Assembly (NCBI RefSeq): GCF_006345805.1
Contig: NC_043015.1
Location: 10,292,001-10,356,000, forward strand
Direction of reading: 5' to 3'
Length of the DNA: 64,000 nt
From: Octopus sinensis
Taxonomy: Eukaryota
The position numbers were made by a program, and so were the translations under genes. Under the pieces are notes generated by a model, which did not search any database, was not told the origin of the DNA, and saw nothing but the letters and a program-made list of their open reading frames with translations. Below, piece by piece: positions 26,270-40,704 of the stretch. Each line of letters opens with the position of its first letter. Within the stretch, counting starts at the first letter, position 1.

Positions 26270-26580
26270 AGTTTTTTTCAACCACATCACCTCTAACATC
26301 TAGCCACCTAACTCCCCTGGCTGCAGCCCCTCTGATTATTCTTTGTGAGGCGCAGTTGAACGAGAGACAATAAAACTTGTTGTAACACCACAGATGAACT
26401 GAAGGAGATTTTCCAGAAGATTTGCGGGAGATTCCGAAGTGTCTGGTGGCTGTGGTTGAAGCCAATAGCAATTTTATTGGATAAATTTACTCTGTAGTAT
26501 TTTAAGATATTTTGTTGTAATTTTGGTAAATATATCTGTTAAAATGAGGTGTCATTTCTGCGTAATTTAGACCGGTGTGT
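26270..26580 (+). mobile_element. Decayed Tc1/mariner (maT-like) transposase 3' fragment
   Basis: HITSNI*PPNSPGCSPSDYSL*GAVERET and ...RFRSV/LVAVVEANSNFIG*, the same motif class as at 11157. Confidence 0.7.
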
Positions 26581-28218
26581 ATTCAGATAGGTAGATAGGT
26601 AGATAGATAAATAGATATATAGACATAGATAGATAAATATAGATATACATATATGCATGTATTTATAAATATATAGAAATATATATATTTAATATATTTA
26701 TGTATACCTGTGTATATATATTTGTACGTATGCGTTTGCGTGTGTGTGTGTGCGCGCACGTGCGTGTGCCTATCTTCTACCTGTAATCAATACTTTAGTA
26801 TAAGCGAAATATTCATGTCTTCATTGTTTTAATTCAAACGTATTATTATTGTTTAAAGTGTGTGACGTTTCTTTTTGAACGTTAATCTTCCCAATATTTT
26901 ACTCTGATTGATATAATGGAATGATCGACTTTTCATCTCGATTCCTATATGCTACAATAAAAGACTATTTTGCTGCCTTTGAAGTAAATAAAGTACTATC
27001 TTAAAATCTGTTCAATGCTACATTTCTCACTAATCAAAGCTTTCCGTATCGTAAATATCTTACCAACATTATCTGATTCCATTTTTACATTATGGTAGTT
27101 GTAATTTTGTTTGTAGCTTATATTTGATTAGAATTTATTCTACTTTACTGTTTTTTTTTTTCTTTTGTCTTTCTTTCCAAGAAATATAGAGATAGCGATG
27201 CAATAAATAACGCTTGTCTCGTCATGTGCATTGTATCATATCCATTTTCCAGATGTAATATCCTCAAGGATGTGTAACATTCGCATTACAAATATAACAA
27301 TTATATTTAGGTAGTTACTGAATTTCATATTTTTATTTAAATCTGTTTGAAACATGTGAGATATAATATCCGCTTTCTGACTTTAAAAGGGATTTTTATC
27401 AGTGCTAATTCATTTCTTCGAAAGTTGTGATAATTAAATACTATTTCATGATTGAGAAAACCTTTGTTGTAAATGAATTTATCATTCGCTATATAGGGAT
27501 GCCAATGAGATGTCTAAAACTGATTATTCTAAAAAAAAAAAACAAAATAAATAAACATGCACAATCAAGATCATGTTGGTGATGAGTAACTCCAAGGGAC
27601 GGCTGATATTGCGCCTTGACTATCCTGCTATTTACGTGTTTTAAGCTCTATTATTTCATATATTCTCTACAATTTATTAAGAGGATTTAGCAAGATTTGT
27701 CCTCTATTTTTAGTACGGTTAAAACATACCGGAGGGGATAATCCGATTCCTTCTCTTTATTCATGAAGCCCAGAGCGCATTCGGCGTCATGCTCTGATCA
27801 CAGGCGGATGCTGCGATCTCAGTGAAATTTGATTTTTTTTCCAATATGTAGATCATACCACTCCTACGAGGATTCTTTTTTTCGGGCACTTACGTCCTAC
27901 ACTTTGTATACTTTGTAAATTATATAGATGTAATGCAAGACATATATGGTATATGAATATTGATGATGTTGTATTCTTTCAGTTTAATGTGTTTCATAAT
28001 GGTGTTTCTTTAATCCGGATGATTGTGCACTCGCATATTTGATTTAATAAGCATTTGAGAAATAAAATGTTAGACGTCCCTCCGAAACATTTCATATCTA
28101 TTTAGATATTAATAAATTCTCAGATCTTCCTGCATAAAATTATTTTATTTCTGAACTTGCATCGCATAGCACTATAACAATCTATATATGCTATTATGAA
28201 GAAATATATGTGTGTGTG

Positions 28219-28250
<32 letters not shown>

Positions 28251-28695
28251 CTATTATTTAGAATTTTAAAAAAATAATAAAAAGGTATCTATCAAGCATC
28301 TCGACGGAGGCATTATGTACATTGAAGGTATGGTAACGTGCACTTTTACAAGTATTCTAGAAACTTTACATTACCCCACTTTAAGGCATGAAGGCATTGA
28401 AATTTTCACTTATTCATGCATAATGCATTTCTGATACTATTACGGTTTTTTAATTGCTGCTATCATCTATTAATATATTCCGTTCATCAGATCTACAAAT
28501 TAGGATTATAAGACATAATTATGATTTTGTCACGACAAATGCATCATGTAAGGTGTGCGAAATTGTGTGTGTGTGTGAGAGAGAGAGAGACAGAGAGAGA
28601 GAAAGAGTGTGTGTGTGTGCGCTTATTGATTATTTATAGTATTGAATGGAATGTAGCCGCAACAACTTGTAGGACAGCCAGTAATAGATAAGTGT

Positions 28696-28977
28696 GGAGG
28701 CACATGACCTAGTGGTTAGAGCAGCGGACACGCGTTCGAGGGATTAAGGGTTCGAATCTCAGACTGGGTGATGTGTGTTTTATGAGCGAAACACCAAGCT
28801 CCACCCGGCAGAAGGGAATAGCGAACTCCTGCTGACACTTTTGCCACAACTTTCTCTAACTCTTTCCTCTTGCATCTTGCAGCTTACCGGCGTCCCGTCC
28901 AGGTGGGTGACCTATACGCCAAGGAATCCAAGAAACCGGCCCTTATGAGTCAGGCATGGCTCGAGAAGGAACAAACT
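28696..28977 (+). mobile_element. tRNA-derived SINE, family-3 related (duplicated at 30433-30714)
   Basis: GGAGGCACATGACCTAGTGGTTAGAGC...GGGTTCGAATCTC A/B boxes; body GGCGTCCCGTCCAGG...AAACCGGCCC. Confidence 0.85.
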
Positions 28978-29075
28978 AAAATAGATAGGTAAAGCAACGT
29001 AGAACGATGAAGTTATCAGATATTGGTAGATAATATAGATATGTAAATACCGAATCCATTTTAAACCGTATATCC

Positions 29076-29114
<39 letters not shown>

Positions 29115-29242
29115 TTCAGCATAATTTAGTTTAAATGAACATGGTACTTAAGTTAGATGCACCAGATTCTGTATGGTGTTATCCATATAAATCCATGGGG
29201 TGATTATAATCAAAAAAAATAAGCACAAGAATATTTCGGTAA

Positions 29243-29331
29243 TTTGGTACGATCGTTTCACGCTACATCATTTTATTAAACATTGTAAGTATTACAGCAG
29301 TTTTAAAATGTTGAGCAATCATCAGACATTT
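29243..29331 (-). ncRNA. Hammerhead-ribozyme-like motif with extended stem II (duplicated at 30980-31068)
   Basis: Minus strand CTGATGA, a ~60-nt nested hairpin (GCT/AGC, CATTTTA/TAAAATG, AAAC/GTTT, TGTAA/TTACA), then GAAAC-GATC-GTA. Stem I is imperfect. Confidence 0.5.
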
Positions 29332-29862
29332 ATTGAGGTTTTTCATCAATACATATTTTCATGTTAATTGATAACATCATAGAAGGGGGAAACATATATA
29401 GGCAGATATGTCGATTTGATTTTTAAGAACATTAAGGTAGTAGAATTTATCTCTTCTGTCGCATAAGTGTAAATAAGACACAAATGAGGTTTAAAATTTG
29501 CGACAAATGTTTCTGTAGGACTATTTTAGTGTATTCATAGATTACATCATAAGATATAAGTAAGGAAATTTCACTAGTGTCGTTTACATTTTGTGGTAGC
29601 CTGCGAGTCAGCATCTTTGGAAACTTGTGAATACTATAGAGGAAGCAGACATATGAAATTGCAACATATTCTCCATCTCCTTTTCTGTGGTTATAACCAG
29701 AGATATATGGTGACAATCGCAGCTCTCGTAATCAAATGACACACACTCTAGCACGGCCACGGCCATTAACTGTTCCTTTAACACTTCAATAAGGTATGTA
29801 CTTTTAACACTTCAATAAGGTATGTAGTCACTATGTATAAGATACATCGTAATTTTATTTAT

Positions 29863-30163
29863 GCGCCCTTTTCAAGCCTACCCAGGTTCATGGGCCCCGT
29901 TTCCCGGTTTCTATGGCGTACGTGTTCCCCCCAGCTGGACTGGACGCCAGTCCATCGCAGCTTTACTCAAGAAACAGAAAGAAAGAGTGAAAGAAAGTTG
30001 GGACAAAAGAGTACAACAGGGGTCGCTACCCCACCACCCCCTGCCGGAACCTCGTAGAGCTTAAGTTTTTTTCGCTCAACAAGCACACAAACCCGGTCTG
30101 AGAATCGAAACCGCGATCCCCCACCCCGAGTCCGCTGCCCTAACCACTGGACCATTGCACCTA
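29863..30163 (-). mobile_element. tRNA-derived SINE, family 3 (duplicated at 31586-31889)
   Basis: Minus-strand head GGTGCAATGGTCCAGTGGTTAGGGCAGCGGACTCG...GGTTTCGATTCTC. Confidence 0.85.
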
Positions 30164-30191
30164 CACTGACACACGCACACACACCACACAC

Positions 30192-30226
<35 letters not shown>

Positions 30227-30227
30227 T

Positions 30228-30273
<46 letters not shown>

Positions 30274-31951
30274 CGAGGCGGCATTAATACCTATGCTAAC
30301 TTATACGCGGATGTTGTTAGAAGAAATTATGCAGCGGTGATATCATGAGAGATATTCTGATATTGTCTTTTGATAATTGTGCACCAAATGTAGCCGCAAC
30401 AACTTGTAGGACAGCCAGTAATAGATAAGTGTGGAGGCACATGACCTAGTGGTTAGAGCAGCGGACACGCGTTCGAGGGATTAAGGGTTCGAATCTCAGA
30501 CTGGGTGATGTGTGTTTTATGAGCGAAACACCAAGCTCCACCCGGCAGAAGGGAATAGCGAACTCCTGCTGACACTTTTGCCACAACTTTCTCTAACTCT
30601 TTCCTCTTGCATCTTGCAGCTTACCGGCGTCCCGTCCAGGTGGGTGACCTATACGCCAAGGAATCCAAGAAACCGGCCCTTATGAGTCAGGCATGGCTCG
30701 AGAAGGAACAAACTAAAATAGATAGGTAAAGCAACGTAGAACGATGAAGTTATCAGATATTGGTAGGATAATATAGATATGTAAATACCGAATCCATTTT
30801 AAACCGTATATCCGATATATCTATATATATATATATATATATAAGTTCAGCATAATTTAGGTTTAAATGAACATGGTACTTAAGTTAGATGCACCAGAAT
30901 TCTGTATGGTGTTATCCATATAAATCCATGGGGTGATTATAATCAAAATAAAAATAAGCAACAAGAATATATTCGGTAATTTGGTACGATCGTTTCACGC
31001 TACATCATTTTATTAAACATTGTAAGTATTACAGCAGTTTTAAAATGTTGAGCAATCATCAGACATTTATTGAGGTTTTTCATCAATACATATTTTCATG
31101 TTAATTGATAACATCATAGAAGGGGTAAATATATAGGCAGATATGTCGATTTGATTTTTAAGAACATTAAGGTAGTAGAATTTATCTTCTGTCGCATAAG
31201 TGTAAATAAGGACACAAATGAGGTTTAAAATTTGCGACAAATGTTTCTGTAGGACTATTTTAGTGTATTCATAGATTACATCATAAGATATAAGTAAGGA
31301 AATTTCACTAGTGTCGTTTACATTTTGTGGTAGCCTGCGAGTCAGCATCTTTGGAAACTTGTGAATACTATAGAGGAAGCAGACATATGAAATTGCAACA
31401 TATTCTCCCTTTTCGGGGTTATAACCAGAGATATATGGTGACAATCGCAGCGCGGAATCAAATGACACCACACTCTAGCACGGCCAATTTAACTGTTCCT
31501 TTAACACTTCAATAAGGTATGTACTTTTAACACTTCAATAAGGTATGTAGTCACTATGTATAAGATACATCGTAATTTTATTTATGCGCCCTTTTCAAGC
31601 CTACCCAGGCTCATGGGCCCCGTTTCCCGGTTTCTATGGCGTACGTGTTCCCCCCAGCTGGACTGGACGCCAGTCCATCGCAGCTTTACTCAAGAAACAG
31701 AAAGAAAGAGTGAAAGAAAGTTGGGACAAAAGAGTACAACAGGGGTCGCTACCCCACCACCCCCTGCCGGAACCTCGTGGAGCTTAAGTTTTTTTCGCTC
31801 AACAAGCACACAACACCCGGTCTGAGAATCGAAACCGCGATCCTCCAACCCCGAGTCCGCTGCCCTAACCACTGGACCATTGCACCTACACTGACACACG
31901 CACACACACACACACATATATATATTATATATATATATATATATTTGTATA

Positions 31952-32055
<104 letters not shown>

Positions 32056-32061
32056 GTAATA

Positions 32062-32108
<47 letters not shown>

Positions 32109-35100
32109 ATTAATATATCAGCGAGGCGGCATTAATACCTATGCTAACTTACGCGGATGTTGTTAGAAGAAATTATGCAGCGGTAGATATCATGAGAGAT
32201 ATTCTGATATTGTCTTTTGATAATTGTGCACCAAAAGACACTCTGAGAGAAACTCTCGTGCTATATACCGCAGTAATCTTTGTTCTAACAGAAGATTCAT
32301 GTCTCAGTGGGCATAAATATCATCTTAATATCAAGTTCTTAATTAGACGATGAACTAATTGAACCGTTACTGCGTCGTGCAAAATGCTCAGCGCCATTTC
32401 GTCTGCCTTTAATTTCTGACTTTCATCGTTTCGATGTTGATAAAATAAGCTCCAGTTGAGCTTTGGTGCCCATATTATCGCCTTGTTCCCTTTCTCCGTA
32501 CTCGCTAGTTTTTTGCAAAATTTTGAAACTAACGCTAAGTTTTGAATTGCGATAATTAATTTGCCTTAATGAGAGTGATTAAGGAATTTTGTTTTGAATA
32601 TGTTTTTGTGTATATGGATGTGTGTCTGTAGCGATGTATTACGTAATTCCCATTATCCCATCCGAATATATCACACCTTTACTTCTACCGCTATATTATC
32701 ACCAGATTTTCTCTTCCGTCCTGTAATATTCGTTTTAATTGTATATCCACATGAGTAATATACTATCCGTATTTAGTGTCCAATTCGTTTTTCTCTCCTC
32801 TATCATCTAGCTTGTTACATTACATATAACCCCTCCTCTATTGTACAACATATACATCAATCCATTCTCTCGTACAAAATGATGATGCTCCAATTCGATC
32901 CACCTGACATGTTCTTACCCTTTCCGCAAAACCGTTCTTCTTGGACTTTTCCACCACCGTAGCAACATTTCATATATAGCATTTCTATCTTGATTCGCCA
33001 GAAAGAGAAAGAGCGATGGAGTGTTATATTCCAGATTTCTCTTCGAAATAGCATGACTGAACATATTATCGAATAATTTTCAGCTTGTGACATTCCTGCA
33101 CAGAATTCCGATTTTAGCTTAGTGTAACATTACGTAAAATACAAGACATACTAACAGGAATAATATTTTAGTGAAGAATATTTTCTTGATTAATTTGAAA
33201 TAAATTAAACGGAAAAAATGTGATTAACATGATCAAACGTTAGCGAAGCATTAGTGAAAATATTGACAGTGGAGGTAACTTGTTCTTAAAATTTTAAAGA
33301 GCTTAAAAGTTAAGTTCATTGCATTCTGAATTAAAATCGATGCCATTTCCCCTGCGGCGTGTCTATTTTGTTTTCTGCACCAAGCGATGTTAAAATAATA
33401 TGTCCTTTTTCTTCCTTTCCTTTTTTTTTCTGAAGCAAAAATGTTAAAATGCACTTGGAATTCTTTAAAATGATTCCGCATTTACATCGTGTAGGACGTT
33501 TTGACTACTGGTGTGGCTTTCAGCGTATCACATGCAGAGGTTTTTGTAGGATTTTAAAGATTTTCGTTGTCATTTCCGTTTGAATATCTTGTGTATTCTG
33601 AGTACTATTTTTAGTGGGGAGAGCTATGGTTCAATGCTAAAATCTTTTGATCTATGATGTTTTAGATGTCTGTATTTTTTGTCTGTGATTAATTTTTTTT
33701 GTCATTTATAGTTCTTGAAATACACAAAATTAAATGAACTGGTTACTGCTATCATATAGTATTTGATTTAATTCTTGAATTTTTTTGTTTTATTTCCTCG
33801 TTCAAAACTCGATACCTTTTGAATTTATTCTTTGTTATATTCGACATTATGCTTTTGTTATGTGTTGGGTAACAAGAAGAAAACTGGATAGTTCACAGTA
33901 AAACGGTTTGCGATGCCTTGGATACTTACGAAAGATTTGTTTACATTCACTTAAACACTGTTGCAACTTCCTAATTTTAGAAACTAATATGAGACTTAAG
34001 GATATGTAAAACTATGTCGAACTTGTCTAGTCATGGAGTGTTATTTGGGTATTTATTGTTATCCTTTTGTCATTTTATCTTTGTTTTTGTTCTTTTTTAT
34101 TTTTTTGCTGTGAAGTCACTATGACTATAAGACTTAACGTCCTGAAAGCAATTATATGAATGGGCAGGAAGTTCAAATGGGGCATTCTGTAGTAGCATCC
34201 TGCGCTACAGGTATAAATTAATACTGTGTCAAACCGATGCAAAATCGAATGACAGCGATTGTTCTCTTAATATAATCTGTTTCGTATTATAATCTATATA
34301 GTAATCAGCTTGTTCTTTCACTCGTTATACATTAGTTAGTTAGAAAGGTGGAGTTGAAGTGAGTGAGGGTGGAGTAAATGTGAGAAACGAAGAGGGAGAA
34401 TGGCAGCAGAAAAGTAAAGCAGTAGAGAAACTTAGTATTAATAAACTATAAGGCCAAATGAGTCATGTAAATAGTTGGAGGAAGAGGGAAAGAGGGAAAG
34501 AAAAACAGTGAGAGAGAATAAGGAGAGAGCAGTGTTAAATGCGTGCTGTAGGATTGAGAGGGAAAGATAAAAACAAAGTGATGTATTTAGTATACAATAT
34601 TTAGCAGAGGGTGTTGTTCAGTGAGGTGAGTTTAAACGAAGTGAGCTAGAAAGAGATGGACAGGAGAAGCAGATACATTGTCAGAGAGACAGACACACAC
34701 ACAGGAAGAGTGAGAGAGAGAGGGTGAAAGAGGGGAAGAGTAAACGAGAGAGGGGGGAATATAGCCATCGTCTTTCCGGAGTAGAGATATTTCGACGGCA
34801 AGAAAAAGTAGTTATAGAGAAACAGATGGACTGAAATGAGCTTTGTTACTGAAAACTATATTGATGATGATGATGATGATAGTTGTGGTGGAGATGGTGT
34901 ATTGATAGTGAAAAGGATATTTTTTTAAAAACTAAATTGCTAATATTTTCCAACCTGCTCGTTCACACTTTACGTTTTAGTTTTTTTTTAGAGAGGAGAT
35001 GGAGTGAGAGAGAGGGAGAGATGATGTGAAAAGAGGAAGAGGGAATGCGACAGAAAGGAAGAGGGCTATGAGAGTCAGTGAGAGAGTAGATAGGCGACAG

Positions 35101-35312
35101 ATGCAATATGCTGTCCCACATGTGGCTACTGGAAGTGAGAGGTGTAGAGAATGATAGAAATGTGAAAGATATGAAGTGGGAAATGACATGGTTAAAAAGT
35201 TTGTTGAAGAGCTATAGTGAAAGAGAGAAACAAAGTGCTTAGCAAAGAAGAAAAGAAAACGGAGATAAAGAAACAAACAATTATTTATTATTAAGAAGTT
35301 AGTCGTCTTCGC

Positions 35313-35408
35313 GCCTTACAGCCGTTTCAAAAAACACTCAATACTTTAATTACAAATTTGCACATCTGATTTTCATTTATGTGACATGAGCATAATTTCA
35401 TCAGAGAA
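35313..35408 (-). ncRNA. Hammerhead-ribozyme-like motif with extended stem II
   Basis: Minus strand TCT-CTGATGA-AATTATGCTCA...TGAGTGTTTTTT-GAAAC-GGCT-GTA-AGG, giving a 3-bp stem I and a near-palindromic stem III. Confidence 0.5.
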
Positions 35409-36162
35409 AAAACAATTAGGTGTGCCTTGAGATGTTATATGTGGACCTATTAATTCATTTGAGCAGAAATGATATAAACTGTATGATTAATATATGCCTA
35501 TTGTTTTAAGGGAATGTCATTCCCCAACAATACTAGGCCATCCCTTCCCGAGGTTAACATATCTTGTAATTAGATGTATATATAAACTAAATCTTTGACA
35601 CTGAAAACGAAGTGTAGGTACAAATTTTATTAGTGTAACAATCGTTTCGGATTCATCTGCACTGTTCTCCGGTGGGCTTGGACGATGCAATGAGATCCTC
35701 ATTAGATCGCCATTACATTGACCCACAGTTACTAGGGACCAGGCAGAATGAAGCCGATAATTGTGCTAATAATCTTCTTGTTAACACTCCGTTTTCTGTA
35801 TTAATTATTTAAAATATACCCTACGCTTACCGCGAAATTCCGAACGTACATCCAAAGAAGAACGCACAGTATCACTGATGACGCATGATGAACAATAAGG
35901 GATAAAATGTTCTCTGCAGGAACTCTACCTGGGACTTACCCTGAAGCAAGTCTTCGATGCTCCATTTAACACCACCTTTCTAAATGTTAATCCTTTAATT
36001 CAAAATTTAATTTGTATATATATATTTGTGTGTATGTGTGTATGCGTGTGTACGTGTTTATATGTACGTATGCGTGTATATGTACGCGTGTGCGTTTGTA
36101 TAGCTAGGCTAGCTAGATAGATAGATATATAGGTGTATAGATAGATAGATAAATAGATACAC

Positions 36163-36213
<51 letters not shown>

Positions 36214-36231
36214 CAGATAGAGAGGTAGGTG

Positions 36232-36331
<100 letters not shown>

Positions 36332-38949
36332 TGAATACACAAACACATACACATGTACATGATTGTAAATATGTGTGTAATAGGGAATACGTATGTATGA
36401 ATATAAAAAAGCACTCTTTTCTCCTAGAATAAACACCCAAACTATTTTGAAGAGGTAGTAGATTTCTATAAAGGTTCTACTATCACACGAATAGAGGTAC
36501 ATTTGCACATATATACGTGTGATGACTAAGGCCTACGATAAAGTAATTATACACACACTGTTAGGTATATTTACTCATAAAACCTCGTATAGGCTTATAT
36601 TACACAAGCATACCTTGTTCCTAAATATAATAAAAGAAAAGCAAATGAAGCGTGGTGCAGCATAAACTAGGAAATTACCAAATTGAAATTCAATATGTTA
36701 ATGCAATTTTACGTTTTACCGCTCTATATATGATGTAGAAATTTGTCTAACGAAAGTATCATGAATAGAATTGATAACCGAGTTGCAGAACCGTTACATT
36801 AGGGGAATATAGCCAGGATGAAGGAGGATTAGATGGCTGTGCAATGGTGTGCATAAAATGCTTTCATTTTAGGTGTTAAGGCAGAAAATGGATTTTAGAA
36901 ATGTATAAAGAATCTTCGAGAATGTTATGTAATCTACTGTAACATTAGTGTATACAGCTTTTGTAAAATTATAACAATGACACAAGTTAAGCTGTGTAAT
37001 GTTTAGTAGAGTCTTTTGACATGAGAGCATTCCTAGTTTTATTTCAATGAAAATTCATTGATGAAAATGTATTCTCTTTAAACCAAGATAAGTTAGGAAA
37101 TCAATACAGTAAAAATGCATTAAATTTAGTTTACATGTAAATATAAAGAGCCAATCGCAATGTGTAAGCATTCCATAATCAAATTAGTTCTGATTGGATG
37201 GAAAGCTAATGTAAAAGGCTAGATTATTTTAATTTCTTTAGGCTGTCTTTGTAATTGTATTACAAAGGAATGAGAACATGGCTAAATACGCTCACGTAAT
37301 GCATTGTTGATCCTAATGCATTGATTTCAAATAGTATCTCGATCGCTTGTGATCCATCAACAAAATAGGTTATGATGTTTAAGTTCATTGAACCGATGTT
37401 ATATTTATCAGAAAAAAGACCTGAATTAAAATAGTTTGCTTACGTACTTTATGCTCTCCGATTGCTTAGAATACACGTATTCGTCTGCAATCTGTTGAAG
37501 GAATTGCGTAATGCCATGTCAAAATTTATATTGTAATTCCATGAGATGATGCCTTTCGCATCATTTCGAAATAACAATAGTCTGATCATGTAGTGTATTA
37601 AATTGCTAATTCCCTAATTGCAGAGTATATTTTTATCTGAATTTATACATACCTATGTGCACACACTGTGCTGATCAATTCAAAGAGAATGCTAGTTAGC
37701 CAGAAGCGTATTTGATACGTGACCATCCCGATTCTTTGAGACTATATTATCCAATGTGTGTATACATGATTTTAAAAACGATATGTTGCAATTTTAAGAT
37801 ATTTTGCTGCAAAACCATTTGCCTTTGTGGTTAATAACTCATGCAATAAAATAGATAATATACTCCTTAAACTGAGATAGTTGGCTCAAATTTAAATCAA
37901 GATGTATTGATAAAGAGCAACAGTTTCAACCACACACAGTCGTTTACATAGATGATTAAAGTTATATATAATATATACTCTGCGTTTTATGTAATAAAAA
38001 ATAATTAAGAATACATTTTTATTTGCATTAATATGATGTTTGTGACTGTATATGTGGATCTGTTCAATATGATGGTGCGAATTCATATACATCTTAAGAA
38101 CATCAGAGATGAATTAAAAGCAGGGTTATATACCATAATATGTCCAGTAGTTCAGTAAATGGTGAAATAGAGGAAATGACATTATTGAGAGAGTATACAT
38201 ATATTTAAATATATAGATCGATAGCCGTATCATTGATGGATTATCATATTTCCCCATCTCATTTAATCATTAGTTGAAGAGAAACCAAAAGATATGACTT
38301 ATATATATATTGTACTTATACTAGCATTTTCAATCTCCCATTTGTAACTGAAACATTTATATATAATTGACAAAATTATTTGATTTTATTAATCAAAATG
38401 GAGGCAGAGCTTCTAACAAATATATTAACTTATTCAATTGATTATAAGTCTGTATTCGGAAAACTGGCCTTTCGCTTATTGAAGAGGAAATCATATATCG
38501 TGCGTTTGAAATTACTAATACTGTTTTCTAATCTTTACACTTCATGATATTATGCTATCTTAGTAAATCGTATTTGTGAAAAAAGTTCAAAAGGAACAGC
38601 GATTTCACCGCTGAATAAAGATAAATTCCAACATATCAATCAATAAAAACCAAGTCAAAGCTTCAGATAAAAATCGTTATTTTCTCAAACGTAAAGATAA
38701 AGACGTTCTTCCATTTCTACAGCGGTTATTGCTGCACTGTATTGGCACGCTCCCGGCCAATGATAGGAGTTTGAGTTCATGTCCTGCCTGAAGCAAGATT
38801 ATTGTTGTATGGCTGGGTCGATACAGTACCATTCAAATTTATGAAGATGCACGGTTACAGGACGTAATTTTCCTTCCTTTAATTATGTAATATCCCTCGC
38901 TTTTTTTTTTTTGGCTCTCACTAACTTTCTGTAATATTCTATTTTATTC

Positions 38950-39148
38950 AAGGCACAAGGCCCGAAATTTTAGGGGATGGGACCTGTCGATTAGACCGAC
39001 TCCAGTACACAACTGGTACTTAATTTATCGACCCTGAAAGGATGAAAGGCAAAGTCGACCTCGGCGGAATTTGAACTCAGAAAGTAAAGACAGACGAAAT
39101 ACCGCTAAGCATTTCGCACGGCATGCTAACGTTTTCTGCCAGCTCGCC
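38950..39148 (-). mobile_element. SINE family 1
   Basis: Reverse complement of the 5243 family (GAAAGGATGAAAGGCAAAGTCGACCTCGGCGGAATTTGAACTCAG). Confidence 0.9.
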
Positions 39149-39161
39149 GTGTGTGTGTGTG

Positions 39162-39210
<49 letters not shown>

Positions 39211-39244
39211 TGTGCGTGTTTGTGTATGTGTGTATGTGTGTATA

Positions 39245-39768
39245 CGTGATCTGACCAAAAGTATTGGGACTGTTGTGGAAACGGAGCTAGCATACGCAGA
39301 GTGAAGCCGATAGACTCAGATTGATCTTGAATCCTGTCGCGCATGCACAATAATTTACAATGTCTTCGCTCATATATTTTGTTTATACTGTGCTTGGAAT
39401 TAAAGCTTGCAGAGTGTGGTGGTCTCACCACGTCTCAGTGTTTATGTCATTAATCATGGCAGAGAAAGTATGTGTGTGTTGGTAACAGACAGTTTGAATG
39501 TTATTACGGGCAAGAATCTTTCCAAAATGAAATCCCACATGAAAGGAACAATATTTCAAGACGTCGAAGAAATCCAAGAGAATGAAACCTGTCTGTTGCT
39601 CTCTGTGCAAAAGGTGGTTCAGGTATGATTTTATCAATGTAAACGACGCAGAATAAAGTATGTGGTTTCATAAGCTGACAACGTCAAGGTAGGTTTATTT
39701 GCCGAATTGATATGCGCTCAATATTTCGTTTTATTGCACCAGTCCCCATACTTTTTCATGAAATAATA
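39245..39768 (+). mobile_element. Internally deleted mariner element
   Basis: Inverted ends AAAAGTATTGGGACTG / CAGTCCCCATACTTTT, preceded by TA. Internal SKMKSHMKGTIFQDVEEIQEN resembles the mariner C-terminus. Confidence 0.65.
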
Positions 39769-40389
39769 TATCCCTTAGATAATGTTTGCGTATTACGCTT
39801 TCTTGCGTTAGGTTGATGTAAGATGCACACAATTATCAGTTTTTCAAAAGCATAAAGCTACTGAATTTGTTTATAACCACAAGAACCTACATATTATTGA
39901 AGTGCAGGAAACACATTCAACATAGCGGAATGAATATATATGTGGATGTCAGAAGTTTCCGCACTTCAGAAAATACTGCTGTTTCTTAATTAATATTCAT
40001 ATAAAAGGAATCGGATACATAGAGCCCCGACTTTGCAATTTCCGGTAATGCTATTTTTTTTGTCATAGACATATGTTTCCGAAATCGGTTTCACGATAAC
40101 ATGACCCGTGTTTTATTCAAATACAGTGTGCCTACGTCATGTGAAACATGCTGTATATGCGGCTGGATCTAATTGTTATTCAGTGAATTCTTAGATCTGT
40201 TACTGTAAAATGGAGCAGAAGTTTGCCGTATTATAAACACTCACACACACACATACCTATGTATCTAAGTAAGTATGTAAGCGTTTATGTTTGTATATGT
40301 AAAGTTTTACATCTATATTTATGTATCCAAAATGTAGATAGATAGATAGATAGATGGATTGATAAGTAGATGCATATAGAGATAGATGG

Positions 40390-40425
<36 letters not shown>

Positions 40426-40441
40426 TGAGATAGTGAGAGAC

Positions 40442-40491
<50 letters not shown>

Positions 40492-40514
40492 ATGGATAGA
40501 TAAATAGGTAAATG

Positions 40515-40577
<63 letters not shown>

Positions 40578-40704
40578 TGTAGATAAATATAGGTAAATTT
40601 AAAATGGGAGCAAATCAGTAACCAAAAATACAATGAAATACATAATACAACAAAATTACAAGATAAATTTTTAGTTCATGTCTTTGTGTGTACGTATGTA
40701 TGTA

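Noticed and set aside
27762-27800. ATGA...hairpin...TGAT as a possible SECIS
   Set aside because: It lacks the apical AA motif and there is no selenoprotein ORF nearby.
29447-31471. Duplicated minus-strand ORFs (89 and 134 aa)
   Set aside because: No recognisable motif, and the frames differ between copies through indels.
34156-34216. Possible first exon MNGQEVQMGHSVVASCAT followed by AG|GTATAA
   Set aside because: Short, weak donor, and no partner exon identified.
35872-35930. CTGATGA followed by a hairpin, as another hammerhead
   Set aside because: The GAAA and stem III are not present (GGAACTC); at most a decayed relic.
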